Virus record (IMG/VR): IMGVR_UViG_3300020450_000029
Coordinates: 1-55,989 of that record
DNA: 55,989 bases
From: a virus
Lineage: Duplodnaviria > Caudoviricetes
Direction: 5' to 3' (one strand)
Made by a program: the position numbers and the translations under genes. The notes below the pieces were generated by a model, which was not told the DNA's origin, searched no databases, and saw nothing but the letters and a program-made list of their open reading frames with translations. Shown one piece after another: positions 45,934-54,793 of the stretch (within the stretch, counting starts at the first letter, position 1; each line of letters starts with the position of its first letter).

Positions 45934-46704
45934 ATGACTCGTTTACTAGCTATTCTATTAGCTACAGCTTTTAGCACTATGGCTGTTGCAGAAACAACTG
46001 CACCTGTTGGCCCAACTGTTGGAGGAAAAGTAGAAGTAGAAATTAAAGAAAATGCATCAGACGACTGGGGTGCAAAAACAACATTTGGTATAGGAATTAA
46101 CCACAATGACATAGCTTTCGGAGGAATTTCATTGGAAGCAATTGATAGTGATACGTTAACAGTTAACGAATGGCAAATGGGTACTAGTTTTGGTGAAACA
46201 ACTGTTTCAGTTGGAGACCAGGGCGATATTTGGATTGGCGCCGAAGGCGAACACACTATTGCAAATCCAAAAATGGACGAAAGTGTTATCGTTAGTATGG
46301 GCAATGCCGCAGTTGCAGTAGAATTCGGCGACTGGAAAAATGACGTAAGTGATATCGAAGCTATTGCAGGATCATATTCAACTGATGTGGGTGAATTTGG
46401 TATGACAGTAGCAGGTGACTATGATAGAGTTACTGAAAAATACACACTGGGTGGTCGAGTAGATATGTCTGGTGCAGGCATGGCTGTAACATATTCAGAA
46501 TCAACTGAAAAACTTGCTTATGAATTAGATAGTTCAAGTGGAGCAATATCAGCATACTTAAACGGTGACGAAGACGACATGCTCAAAAATGCTGGCGGTG
46601 GATACACATGGGATATCAATGGCATGGATGTAGAAGCTGGTGCAAACTACGATATCGACTTAGGAGATATTTCACCAAAATTAACTATGAGTTTTAGCTT
46701 CTAA
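45934..46704 (+). CDS. Outer-membrane porin-like beta-barrel
   Basis: Signal peptide (AVA), acidic amphipathic strands, C-terminal MSFSF. Confidence 0.8.
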   Translation: MTRLLAILLATAFSTMAVAETTAPVGPTVGGKVEVEIKENASDDWGAKTTFGIGINHNDIAFGGISLEAIDSDTLTVNEWQMGTSFGETTVSVGDQGDIWIGAEGEHTIANPKMDESVIVSMGNAAVAVEFGDWKNDVSDIEAIAGSYSTDVGEFGMTVAGDYDRVTEKYTLGGRVDMSGAGMAVTYSESTEKLAYELDSSSGAISAYLNGDEDDMLKNAGGGYTWDINGMDVEAGANYDIDLGDISPKLTMSFSF

Positions 46705-46765
46705 GCTCTTGACTTTTTACTATAAGTATACTATATTAAGTATATAACAAAAATAGGAGTTAGCA

Positions 46766-46954
46766 ATGTTTGCAGGTTATGAAGGTCATATCGCAGTTGC
46801 AATATGTTTATTTTGTACATGGCTAGGATATAGACAAGGAAAAATGAACGGAATTGCATCTACACTGGACAGTATGATTGAATTAAAATTGCTTAAAATT
46901 CTCAATAATGGAGAAATAGTTGCTGGCCCAAAACTTAAACAAAACAGTGATTAG
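46766..46954 (+). CDS. Small membrane protein
   Basis: SD AGGAG; promoter TTGACT...TACTAT. Confidence 0.65.
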   Translation: MFAGYEGHIAVAICLFCTWLGYRQGKMNGIASTLDSMIELKLLKILNNGEIVAGPKLKQNSD

Positions 46955-46993
46955 ACAAGAATATACTGACAAGATCATATAAGTAATATAAAG

Positions 46994-47018
46994 CAAAACC
47001 TCCCAAGTGGAGGTTTTG
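46994..47018 (+). terminator. Bidirectional-type terminator hairpin
   Basis: CAAAACCTCC/GGAGGTTTTG. Confidence 0.65.
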
Positions 47019-47551
47019 TGTTATATAAGGAAAAAAGTATATATAAATTAATTGTTTGTTGCTTGTTAACCCTATTGCTACTTAGTTGTGAAACAATAAT
47101 TGTAGACGGTGAAGCAGTTAAAAATCCCCCAAAACATATACATCAAGCAGTAGAATATATTGGACTCAATGAATACCAAAATAGAACTGTACTTAAAAAA
47201 TATGTAGGAGTCGACCCACGTTGGACAGAATGGTGTGCGGCATTTGTAAATGCAGTATTAAAAGAAAGTGATATGGAAAATCTACATGATATCAATCATG
47301 ATGCCCCACTAATGGCTAGAAGTTTTTTAAATTGGGGAATCCAAGTAGATATACCAATGGCAGGAGATTTGGTTATATTTCCGAGAGGCAACAGTGACTG
47401 GAAAGGACATGTTGGTTTCTATCTAAGTTCAATTCAAAAAGATGGTAAAGAATACTATCGTATATTAGGTGGTAACCAAAACAATGCTGTCAGTATTGAT
47501 TTATATCCAGCAAAAAAAGCCCTAGGCGTAAGAAGAGCAAATAAATATTAA
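47018..47551 (+). CDS. TIGR02594/CHAP-like peptidoglycan peptidase, probable lipoprotein
   Basis: LLLSC lipobox, WCAAFVN, ARSFL.WG, GHVGF, LGGNQ. Confidence 0.88.
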   Translation: MLYKEKSIYKLIVCCLLTLLLLSCETIIVDGEAVKNPPKHIHQAVEYIGLNEYQNRTVLKKYVGVDPRWTEWCAAFVNAVLKESDMENLHDINHDAPLMARSFLNWGIQVDIPMAGDLVIFPRGNSDWKGHVGFYLSSIQKDGKEYYRILGGNQNNAVSIDLYPAKKALGVRRANKY

Positions 47552-47552
47552 T

Positions 47553-47963
47553 ATGCTAGCATGTATCAATAAAATGATTACACCACCTAGAACTGACTGG
47601 AGTGAAATAGATAGACTGGAACAGCGAATACGTGATCTTCGACGACGGATCAGAGAAGCGAAAAGTACACAGGAAAGACTTTTTCCCACACAAGGGATTC
47701 ACGATAAAAAACCATTCAACCTCTTCCCAGACAAAGGTAATGACCCCACAACAGGCATACGAGAAGGATCAACGTTATCGCAAAGCCAACGAAATGATGA
47801 ACGAGAAGACAATGAAAAAGCAAAAGCAAGAGCCAAAGAAATGAGTGATCTAAGAGCTAAAATGAAACCCAAAGTTGATCCCATACAAGAAGAACTGCAA
47901 AGACAGGATCAAGAATTAGCAGATGCTATAGAACAGGCATTAGCTAAGAAGAAGAATAAATAG
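47553..47963 (+). CDS. Charged coiled-coil hypothetical protein
   Basis: TAAATA-N5-ATG. Confidence 0.7.
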   Translation: MLACINKMITPPRTDWSEIDRLEQRIRDLRRRIREAKSTQERLFPTQGIHDKKPFNLFPDKGNDPTTGIREGSTLSQSQRNDEREDNEKAKARAKEMSDLRAKMKPKVDPIQEELQRQDQELADAIEQALAKKKNK

Positions 47964-47967
47964 TTGT

Positions 47968-48540
47968 ATGGGAACACTCAGTGAAACACTTACACAACCA
48001 GTCACTCCTAGAGATGCAAACGGCATAGCTAGAAGCACACCTAAAGCAGATAGACCTGCGGCGAAAGCGGCATGGGCTACTTGGGTATCAAATTGGAAAA
48101 GCTATACATATGCATCAGGCAGTAATCCAGGTAAATTTGATCATACAGGATTCACATACTCAGATGAAGGCGGAGGTGGTGGATTCAGTGGTACAACCTA
48201 TACAGTCACAGTTGCTACTGGTACAAACGGATACGGTACTGGTAACAAGTATTATATTGCTGGATTGTCAGGTGCTAGTCCAACACTTACACTAAACGAA
48301 GGTTCAAGTTACAGATTTGACCAAAGTGACGGTTCAAACAGTAACCACCCATTTAGGTTTAGCACTACTGCAAACGGTACACATGGTGGTGGCAGTGAAT
48401 ATACAACGGGTGTTACTTACAATGGCACACCAGGAAATGCGGGTGCTTATACACAGATCACAGTTGCTAGTGGTGCGCCTACTTTATATTACTATTGTGC
48501 TTTCCACAGTGGTATGGGCGGACAAGCTAATACACCATAA
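47968..48540 (+). CDS. Virion-type protein with cupredoxin-like C-terminal module
   Basis: YRFDQSD.SN..HPF...TLYYYCAFHSGMG. Confidence 0.75.
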   Translation: MGTLSETLTQPVTPRDANGIARSTPKADRPAAKAAWATWVSNWKSYTYASGSNPGKFDHTGFTYSDEGGGGGFSGTTYTVTVATGTNGYGTGNKYYIAGLSGASPTLTLNEGSSYRFDQSDGSNSNHPFRFSTTANGTHGGGSEYTTGVTYNGTPGNAGAYTQITVASGAPTLYYYCAFHSGMGGQANTP

Positions 48541-48910
48541 TTACATATAAAAGATAACAACTAAAATGTGCTATTTGATCTATGGCTTGTATTTTCCAAA
48601 ACTTATTTTGATTATGATTTATTTTATATTTTAAAGTGTATATGCGTTTTGAATAGTCTATAATACTGTGCAACACAAAATCTAAAATAGCAATTAAAAC
48701 TGCCCAATACAAACCTGCAAAGATTAATGTAATACCAGCAGTGAGAACAGCATGATCCAAACTATGCAACCATAACTTGGGCTTGAATAATTGTTCTTTT
48801 TCACCATATTGAGGTTTATTATTAAATCTACTTTGTAGCCATAGATCTGCTATTGCATGTTTTACAAGTAACAAATAAAAATAAAAGATCAACGTTTTCC
48901 ACCTCTCCAA
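48527..48910 (-). CDS. DUF3307-like membrane protein
   Basis: HAIADLWLQ, HSLDH, HSIIDYSK, DQIAH. Confidence 0.85.
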   Translation of the reverse strand: MERWKTLIFYFYLLLVKHAIADLWLQSRFNNKPQYGEKEQLFKPKLWLHSLDHAVLTAGITLIFAGLYWAVLIAILDFVLHSIIDYSKRIYTLKYKINHNQNKFWKIQAIDQIAHFSCYLLYVIMVY

Positions 48911-49128
48911 ACTGTATGAGCTGGTACCCTTATAAAAGGTTTATTAGTTTCATTTTTATTTGGATTGGCGATTGTTAGCATTACATTTTTGCCTGCATTG
49001 AATGCAATTAATTGATTTATTATTCTTTGACTTTCATAACCTTCTTCAAAGTGTCTAAGTCTACTACGCATAGGACTACCAACTATTCCTTTACTGGTGT
49101 ATTGCGTTCTTGATTTTTTCTTTCCCAT
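48889..49128 (-). CDS. Basic phage protein
   Basis: YTSKG...NPNKNETNKPFIRV. Confidence 0.8.
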   Translation of the reverse strand: MGKKKSRTQYTSKGIVGSPMRSRLRHFEEGYESQRIINQLIAFNAGKNVMLTIANPNKNETNKPFIRVPAHTVWRGGKR

Positions 49129-49320
49129 TTAATTCCCCATCATGTTAATAAGTGGAGGTCCGTATGTTCCACCTGCCCAAGCAAGTGCTACTATAGTGAT
49201 TACACCATATACTAACCATTTCATTTTGAAGTCATCTACTTCCATTTTTAGTGCTACTAGTTCATTTCCCAAAATACGAACTGCAACCTCTAATTTACCT
49301 TTATCATCTGGTTGTGCCAT
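49129..49320 (-). CDS. Small membrane protein
   Basis: SD AAGGAG; C-terminal TM. Confidence 0.75.
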   Translation of the reverse strand: MAQPDDKGKLEVAVRILGNELVALKMEVDDFKMKWLVYGVITIVALAWAGGTYGPPLINMMGN

Positions 49321-49392
49321 GTCTATCTCCTTTGAGTTTGACTATACTTATGTATGTATATATCTATACCAGTATTTACCATTAAATAATAT

Positions 49393-49479
49393 GTGAATTA
49401 CGAAGATCAATTATTATGGCAATCTGAATGGGTTGATGACCCTTGTGACGATTGTACACATTGGATAGGATACATATGA
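49393..49479 (+). CDS. 28-aa micro-ORF (DDPCDDCTHW)
   Basis: GTG start just after TAAATA; ATGA overlap with next ORF. Confidence 0.45.
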   Translation: MNYEDQLLWQSEWVDDPCDDCTHWIGYI

Positions 49480-49616
49480 AAAAATTTGTTGAATGGCAAA
49501 AGTCAAAAATAAGATGGTGGCAAGAACAATATAATCTTAGTGCATATCAATTGCTTTGGATATCATTTTTCAAAGGTATTATACTAACAGTTTTATTTTA
49601 TACAATTTTTCTCTAA
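49476..49616 (+). CDS. Small membrane protein (46 aa)
   Basis: YQLLWISFFKGIIL TM. Confidence 0.55.
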   Translation: MKKFVEWQKSKIRWWQEQYNLSAYQLLWISFFKGIILTVLFYTIFL

Positions 49617-49701
49617 AAAAGGTTGACAAGCACTTATAATAATGTATACTGTGTTTATTGCTTAGGAGTAAGTTCTAAGCACAACTTAACTGGAGGCATA
49701 T

Positions 49702-49947
49702 ATGGCTTTTACTACAATTAAAACTAACCAGAAGACTTTCTTGGAAAATTATCTAAGAGGTACTGGCAAAACTCTTACTGCGAAAGACGCTAAAGCAAGA
49801 TTTGGCATTCAGCAACTTCCTGCTAGAATTAGCGAAATGAAATCAGCTGGACTTAATGTAAAGACTGATGTCGCAACTACTGGTGCAACACGATATGGCA
49901 TTACTGCCCGTGATGTAAACGGTTCAAGAGCTAAAATGTTTGCATAA
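49702..49947 (+). CDS. Winged-helix DNA-binding protein
   Basis: LTAKDAKARFGIQQLPARISEMK..G; own promoter TTGACA-17-TATACT; SD GGAGG. Confidence 0.8.
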   Translation: MAFTTIKTNQKTFLENYLRGTGKTLTAKDAKARFGIQQLPARISEMKSAGLNVKTDVATTGATRYGITARDVNGSRAKMFA

Positions 49948-49964
49948 TAGCAAATATATAAATC

Positions 49965-49995
49965 AAAAATAGGGTCCTAGTGGCCCTATTTTTTT
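49965..49995 (+). terminator. Rho-independent terminator
   Basis: AAAAATAGGG...CCCTATTTTTTT. Confidence 0.85.
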
Positions 49996-50007
49996 GGATG
50001 AAAAAGG

Positions 50008-50036
50008 TTGACAATAAGATATCTTGGTGCTATACT
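50008..50036 (+). promoter_or_regulatory. Sigma70-type early promoter with palindromic spacer AAGATATCTT
   Basis: TTGACA-17-TATACT; palindrome at 50016-50025. Confidence 0.85.
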
Positions 50037-50061
50037 GTATATAACAATTAAGGAGTGATAT

Positions 50062-51195
50062 ATGCAGAATATAGTTAGTTTAGACCCGTTATACAAAAGA
50101 GATAGCAAAGGCAAAGTCCGTGTTTGGATGATGGAAGTTGGCTTTAACAACGACAACGAAGCGGGTATAAGAACTATATCAGGACTAGTTGATGGTCAGA
50201 AAGTGACCTCAGCATGGAACTTTACAGAAGCTAAAAACGTTGGCAGAAGCAATGCTACTACTGCTAAAACACAAGCAGAGTTTGAAGCACAAGCTGAATG
50301 GACTAAAAACGTTGACAAAGACTATTTTGTGGATGCAAATGACATTGATAGCTATACTGCTTTCAAGCCAATGCTAGCACATGATTTTACAAAGACTCCT
50401 GTAACAAGTGGTATTACACAGCCTAAACTAGATGGTATTAGAATGGTTGTTAATACAAGAGGCTTGTACAGTAGAAGCAATAAAGAGATTGTTGCAGTGC
50501 CTCATATAGCTGAAGCACTAGCAGACTTTGTTAAAGACCACCCAACAGTAACATTAGATGGTGAACTTTACAATCATGAACTTAAAGATAACTTTCAAAA
50601 GATAACAAGTTTAGTAAGAAAAACTGTTAACTTAGGTGCTGATGAATTAGCAGAAAGCAAAGAGCTTGTACAGTATCACATATATGATATGTTTGACAGT
50701 GCTAATCCAAACATGACTTTTATGCAGAGATACAACTGGATACAAAAGAATGTACATCTTGTAAACAAAAAAGCAGTTGGCATTCATTTGGTTGCTTCAG
50801 CAATATGTGAAACAACTGAAGAAATAGATGTTATGTATGGTGAGTATACAACTGCTGGCTATGAAGGTCAAATGGTTAGACAGGACACAGTGTATGAAAA
50901 CAAAAGAAGCAAAGGCTTGTTGAAGAGAAAAGAGTTCATAACTGAAGAATATGAAGTTGTACAAGTACACGAAGGGCAAGGTAATTGGGCAGGATATGCT
51001 AAAAGACTTACTCTTAAGATGGCAGACGGTACTACATTTAGTAGTGGTATTAGAGGCTCGCAAGCTAAGTTAAAGGAACTGTTAGAAAACCCAAATATAG
51101 ACTGGGCAACTTGTAGATATTTTGAATTAAGCAATGATGGTGTTCCTAGGTTTCCTGTAACTATTGATTATGGCACAGGTAAAAGGGACGATTAA
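50062..51195 (+). CDS. ATP-dependent DNA ligase
   Basis: PMLA, QPKLDGIR, LDGELY, GYEGQMVR, KRS..LLKRK, PRFP. Confidence 0.93.
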   Translation: MQNIVSLDPLYKRDSKGKVRVWMMEVGFNNDNEAGIRTISGLVDGQKVTSAWNFTEAKNVGRSNATTAKTQAEFEAQAEWTKNVDKDYFVDANDIDSYTAFKPMLAHDFTKTPVTSGITQPKLDGIRMVVNTRGLYSRSNKEIVAVPHIAEALADFVKDHPTVTLDGELYNHELKDNFQKITSLVRKTVNLGADELAESKELVQYHIYDMFDSANPNMTFMQRYNWIQKNVHLVNKKAVGIHLVASAICETTEEIDVMYGEYTTAGYEGQMVRQDTVYENKRSKGLLKRKEFITEEYEVVQVHEGQGNWAGYAKRLTLKMADGTTFSSGIRGSQAKLKELLENPNIDWATCRYFELSNDGVPRFPVTIDYGTGKRDD

Positions 51196-51250
51196 TAAGG
51201 TTGACATTAAATACAATTAGTGTTAACTTATAGTAAAATTAGGTTTGATT

Positions 51251-51421
51251 ATGACGTACGAAGAAGCTAAAGATACTATTATTTTTTGGGATGATTATTA
51301 TGATAATCAAAAGGAGAGATTTGACTGGAAAGACGTAGAAGTCACTCCTGAACAATTTTTTCAATTATGGCTAAGAAAGGATGAAGAAGCATGCAATTTT
51401 TTGAAAAAGCCTTCCATGTAA
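51251..51421 (+). CDS. Small hypothetical protein (56 aa)
   Basis: ORF after a TTGACA promoter. Confidence 0.5.
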   Translation: MTYEEAKDTIIFWDDYYDNQKERFDWKDVEVTPEQFFQLWLRKDEEACNFLKKPSM

Positions 51422-51945
51422 CTGTATTAGTAGCAGTGCTTGGATTTTTGAGCAGTTTAGCTCATGCAGGTAATATTACCACAACAGGTGAATTAATTAG
51501 AATAGAACCTATATATACAAAAGTAACTTCAAGAAAACCGCAACAAGTTTGTGGTACTGTAGAGGTTCCTGTGTACGGCACAGTGCAAAATGGACAAAGT
51601 GGTGCAACAGGTGGAGATGTATTAGCAGGTGCTATCATAGGTGGAATTCTAGGCAAAGCCATTACAGGAAAAGATAATGGTGCAGGATTTGGTGCATTGG
51701 TCGGAGCAATGACTAGTGCTGAAAAGAAGAAAGGCAATAGCAGTCAACAAATTGTAGGCTATAGGTCAGAATATCGTTGCACAACTCAATATCAGAATGT
51801 ACAATCAAACATAGTTAATGAATATCGTTTGACTTATAATGTAAATGGTCATCATCTTGCAGTTGTTGTAAACAGTGCAGTTGGTCAAAATTCTTATATA
51901 GGTCAAAGAAAACAATTTCGAATTCGTTATCAATTACTAAACTAA
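51391..51945 (+). CDS. Glycine-zipper 2TM envelope protein
   Basis: Signal peptide; GAIIGGILG...GALVGA; QQIVGY...C. Confidence 0.8.
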   Translation: MQFFEKAFHVTVLVAVLGFLSSLAHAGNITTTGELIRIEPIYTKVTSRKPQQVCGTVEVPVYGTVQNGQSGATGGDVLAGAIIGGILGKAITGKDNGAGFGALVGAMTSAEKKKGNSSQQIVGYRSEYRCTTQYQNVQSNIVNEYRLTYNVNGHHLAVVVNSAVGQNSYIGQRKQFRIRYQLLN

Positions 51946-51958
51946 AGAGGTAATTATT

Positions 51959-52348
51959 ATGAGTATGCACTTGGTTGGTCCGTATATGACCACAACTAGC
52001 TATAAGAAACGTAAAGCTAAAAACAAAACAAAAAAGATGTTAGAAGCTGAAGCCAAACATGATAAGTGGTTACGTAAAATGAATGCTCATCCAGAGCAGA
52101 TAGCTAAAAACAAGGAAAAAAATGCTAACGTTTCTATTTTATCTAAGCCTGATTATAGCACTAATAGGACAGGTTTGCCTACTAGCGATATTATACCTGG
52201 AGGAAGTACAGGACCCAAAGAACGACAGGTTTACTCGGGCGAGAGACAATTATTGGGAATAGCTACAATGCACAAAAGCAATATGGTTCCTGTGTTTGCA
52301 GACAAAAAAGAAGATGCAGTTGATATTGCAAAAATGAGGAGAGGATAA
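51959..52348 (+). CDS. T4-like phage hypothetical protein
   Basis: MHLVGPYMTT...GIATMHKSNMVPVF...MRR. Confidence 0.85.
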   Translation: MSMHLVGPYMTTTSYKKRKAKNKTKKMLEAEAKHDKWLRKMNAHPEQIAKNKEKNANVSILSKPDYSTNRTGLPTSDIIPGGSTGPKERQVYSGERQLLGIATMHKSNMVPVFADKKEDAVDIAKMRRG

Positions 52349-52581
52349 TGAGTTTTGAATGGCACAGAATGCACAAACACGAAGAGCAAATTGAAAATGA
52401 TGTATATGATCGTGTACAAACACAGATCCTAGAACACTATGAAATTGAAGATCTTTCAGAACTTACAGAAGCACAGTGGGAAGAAATTCACAAATGGCAA
52501 GAAGAAAATGTAAGTGAGTACTCTCCAATGAACATGGGATTTTCAGATTGTTATAATCAATGGGAAAATGAAAATGAATGA
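52348..52581 (+). CDS. Acidic hypothetical protein
   Basis: Coupled TAATG; SD GAGG. Confidence 0.7.
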   Translation: MSFEWHRMHKHEEQIENDVYDRVQTQILEHYEIEDLSELTEAQWEEIHKWQEENVSEYSPMNMGFSDCYNQWENENE

Positions 52582-52699
52582 ACAAGACGCAATGTGGGAG
52601 ACATTTGACACACTAGTACCTAAAGAAAGTTGGATACCAAGTGTTGAAGAAAAATGGTTAATTGATAAAATAGCAAAAGTTTTAAAAGAGTTAGCATGA
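52574..52699 (+). CDS. Small hypothetical protein (41 aa)
   Basis: Overlaps both neighbours. Confidence 0.45.
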   Translation: MNEQDAMWETFDTLVPKESWIPSVEEKWLIDKIAKVLKELA

Positions 52700-53259
52700 C
52701 AATACACGCAATGATAGATTTGGAAACGTTTGATACGTGTCCACAAGCCACAGTCACTACAATTGGTGGTGTAAAGTTTGATCCTTACAGTGACAAAGAA
52801 CCTCACAGTGATTTTTACTTTAAATTAAATATTGATGAACAGGATCGTCTTGGTAGAACTGTAAACCAAGATACATTGAATTGGTGGGCTAAACAAGACC
52901 CCCACATAAGGGAAGAAGCCTTTGGAGAAGAAGATAGAGTCGGGCTGGTACACTTTCTAAACCACTTGACCAAGTGGATGGTAGGTGTTGATGTATTATG
53001 GGGTCATGGATATGGTTTTGATGTTACTATGGTTGAAGACCTGTATCGTCAAATGGCTACACCAATTCCTTGGAACTTTTGGCAAGTAAGAGATGGAAGA
53101 ACACTTATTAGTTTACTTTCTAGAGATCCTAGAAAAGATATGCAAACAGATTTGCACAATGCATTGAAAGATAGCTATTACCAAGCCAAAGCAATTCAGG
53201 TTGCATATTCTCAAATTTATGCTAATATGAATACAAATGATAGGAGGATATATGCCTAA
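52696..53259 (+). CDS. DEDDh 3'-5' exonuclease (DexA/DUF5051-like)
   Basis: MIDLET, WGHG..FD, RDGRT, HNALKD. Confidence 0.9.
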   Translation: MTIHAMIDLETFDTCPQATVTTIGGVKFDPYSDKEPHSDFYFKLNIDEQDRLGRTVNQDTLNWWAKQDPHIREEAFGEEDRVGLVHFLNHLTKWMVGVDVLWGHGYGFDVTMVEDLYRQMATPIPWNFWQVRDGRTLISLLSRDPRKDMQTDLHNALKDSYYQAKAIQVAYSQIYANMNTNDRRIYA

Positions 53260-53701
53260 ATATTTTAGTACAAAAACATATGGACACAATATAGGTCTTA
53301 GTGCTTGTTTTAGACAACCAAATGCACACAGTCATTGTAAATTTTTACATGGTTATAGTTTACAATTTAAATTTACATTTGGTTGCGAACATTTAGATGA
53401 ACGCAATTGGGTTGTAGACTTTGGTGGACTAAAGCCACTCAAAGCATGGTTAGAAGACAGTTTCGATCATAAAATTGTTTTAGATCAAACTGATCCGCAC
53501 ATGGATACATTTAAAGATTTAGAAGAAAAAGGGCTAGCTGAACTAACTGTTTTAGATGGTGTTGGAGTAGAAAAGTTTGCAGAACACGCCTGCAAGTTTG
53601 CTGACAAGCTAGTAAAAGATATGACTGACAATAGATGTTTTGTTGTTAGTTGCGAATGTGCAGAACATGGAGCAAACAGTGCCATCTATCACAACGCATG
53701 A
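53252..53701 (+). CDS. queD: 6-carboxytetrahydropterin synthase (QueD/PTPS)
   Basis: HSHCKFLHGY, WVVDFGGLK, FDHK, EHGANSA. Confidence 0.88.
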   Translation: MPKYFSTKTYGHNIGLSACFRQPNAHSHCKFLHGYSLQFKFTFGCEHLDERNWVVDFGGLKPLKAWLEDSFDHKIVLDQTDPHMDTFKDLEEKGLAELTVLDGVGVEKFAEHACKFADKLVKDMTDNRCFVVSCECAEHGANSAIYHNA

Positions 53702-53936
53702 TTTAGAATGGTGTGCAAATTGGACACAAAACGACAGATACTATTGCACAGTTTTTATTAAAAGCAGTAGATACAAAAAACCAAATGGATTTCATAGATT
53801 TTTAGAAGAACTGTTTGGTAGTAAGTATGGTGGATTTCGTTACGACCAATATCGAAATGGATATGAATGTTGGTTTAGAAGTCAAGAAGACATGCTTACT
53901 TTTAAATTAGTGGCATGTAATGGAAACAAAAGATAA
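53667..53936 (+). CDS. Hypothetical protein
   Basis: WFRSQEDMLTFKL C-terminal motif; start uncertain. Confidence 0.65.
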   Translation: MEQTVPSITTHDLEWCANWTQNDRYYCTVFIKSSRYKKPNGFHRFLEELFGSKYGGFRYDQYRNGYECWFRSQEDMLTFKLVACNGNKR

Positions 53937-54225
53937 AATAATAGAAAATCTTAAGGATGTTTACGATCCTGAAATAAGTATAAATGTATTTGACTTAGGA
54001 CTTATATATGATGTAAACATTGAACATTTACCAAAAGTTACAGTTACACATACTTTAACCAGTGCATTTTGTCCAGCGGCAGATGATATTGTCAAAGATA
54101 TACATGACGCTACAATTGCCGTTGAAGAAGTAGAATCAGTTGATGTAATAACTACATTTGATCCACCTTTTGGACCATGGAATATGAGTGAAGAAGCTAA
54201 AATGATATTAGGAGTATTTGAATGA
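53920..54225 (+). CDS. sufT: DUF59/SufT Fe-S assembly protein
   Basis: VYDPEI..NVFDLGLIYDV, TLTSAFCP, FDPP. Confidence 0.9.
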   Translation: METKDKIIENLKDVYDPEISINVFDLGLIYDVNIEHLPKVTVTHTLTSAFCPAADDIVKDIHDATIAVEEVESVDVITTFDPPFGPWNMSEEAKMILGVFE

Positions 54226-54446
54226 ATGACGTGTTTAAAGATGCCACACCCACTAGCACATTAGTAATAAAACCACAAAATAATATAGTGGACATAAAAA
54301 AACTTGATAATAAAAATTTACAAAAGTTAACAAAAAATGATCTAGTAGAATTAGCAGAAGAAAAATTTGGAATAGAATTAGACAGAAGGTTCACTAAAAA
54401 TAAAATGATTGAAATGATACTAACTGATGACATACATAGTAGGTGA
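54222..54446 (+). CDS. Hypothetical protein with Rho-N/HeH-like helices
   Basis: [10 protein letters not shown]...[13 protein letters not shown]. Confidence 0.65.
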   Translation: MNDVFKDATPTSTLVIKPQNNIVDIKKLDNKNLQKLTKNDLVELAEEKFGIELDRRFTKNKMIEMILTDDIHSR

Positions 54447-54780
54447 TGCATGTGTTAAATGCAAATATACCGACTGTGTTGCTGTTTGTCCTGTAGATTG
54501 TTTTTACGAAGGAGAAAATACTCTTGTTATTAAGCCAGACGAATGTATCGACTGTGGTGTGTGTGAGCCAGAATGCCCTGCTGGAGCAATATTTCCTGAT
54601 ACAGAAATGACTCCATATTTAGAGGAATGGTTAGCATTAAACACAGAATTATCAGAGCAATGGCCTAATATTACAGAACAAAAAGATCCTTTGCCGGATG
54701 CAGATAGTTTCAATCCAGAAATGGGATATGAAGGAAAAAAAGGAGATTTTTTAAGTAGAGAACCAGGAGAAGGCGATTGA
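54427..54780 (+). CDS. fdxA: 7Fe/8Fe ferredoxin
   Basis: [36 protein letters not shown]. Confidence 0.95.
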   Translation: MTYIVGDACVKCKYTDCVAVCPVDCFYEGENTLVIKPDECIDCGVCEPECPAGAIFPDTEMTPYLEEWLALNTELSEQWPNITEQKDPLPDADSFNPEMGYEGKKGDFLSREPGEGD

Positions 54781-54793
54781 TAAGTACTAAGCA

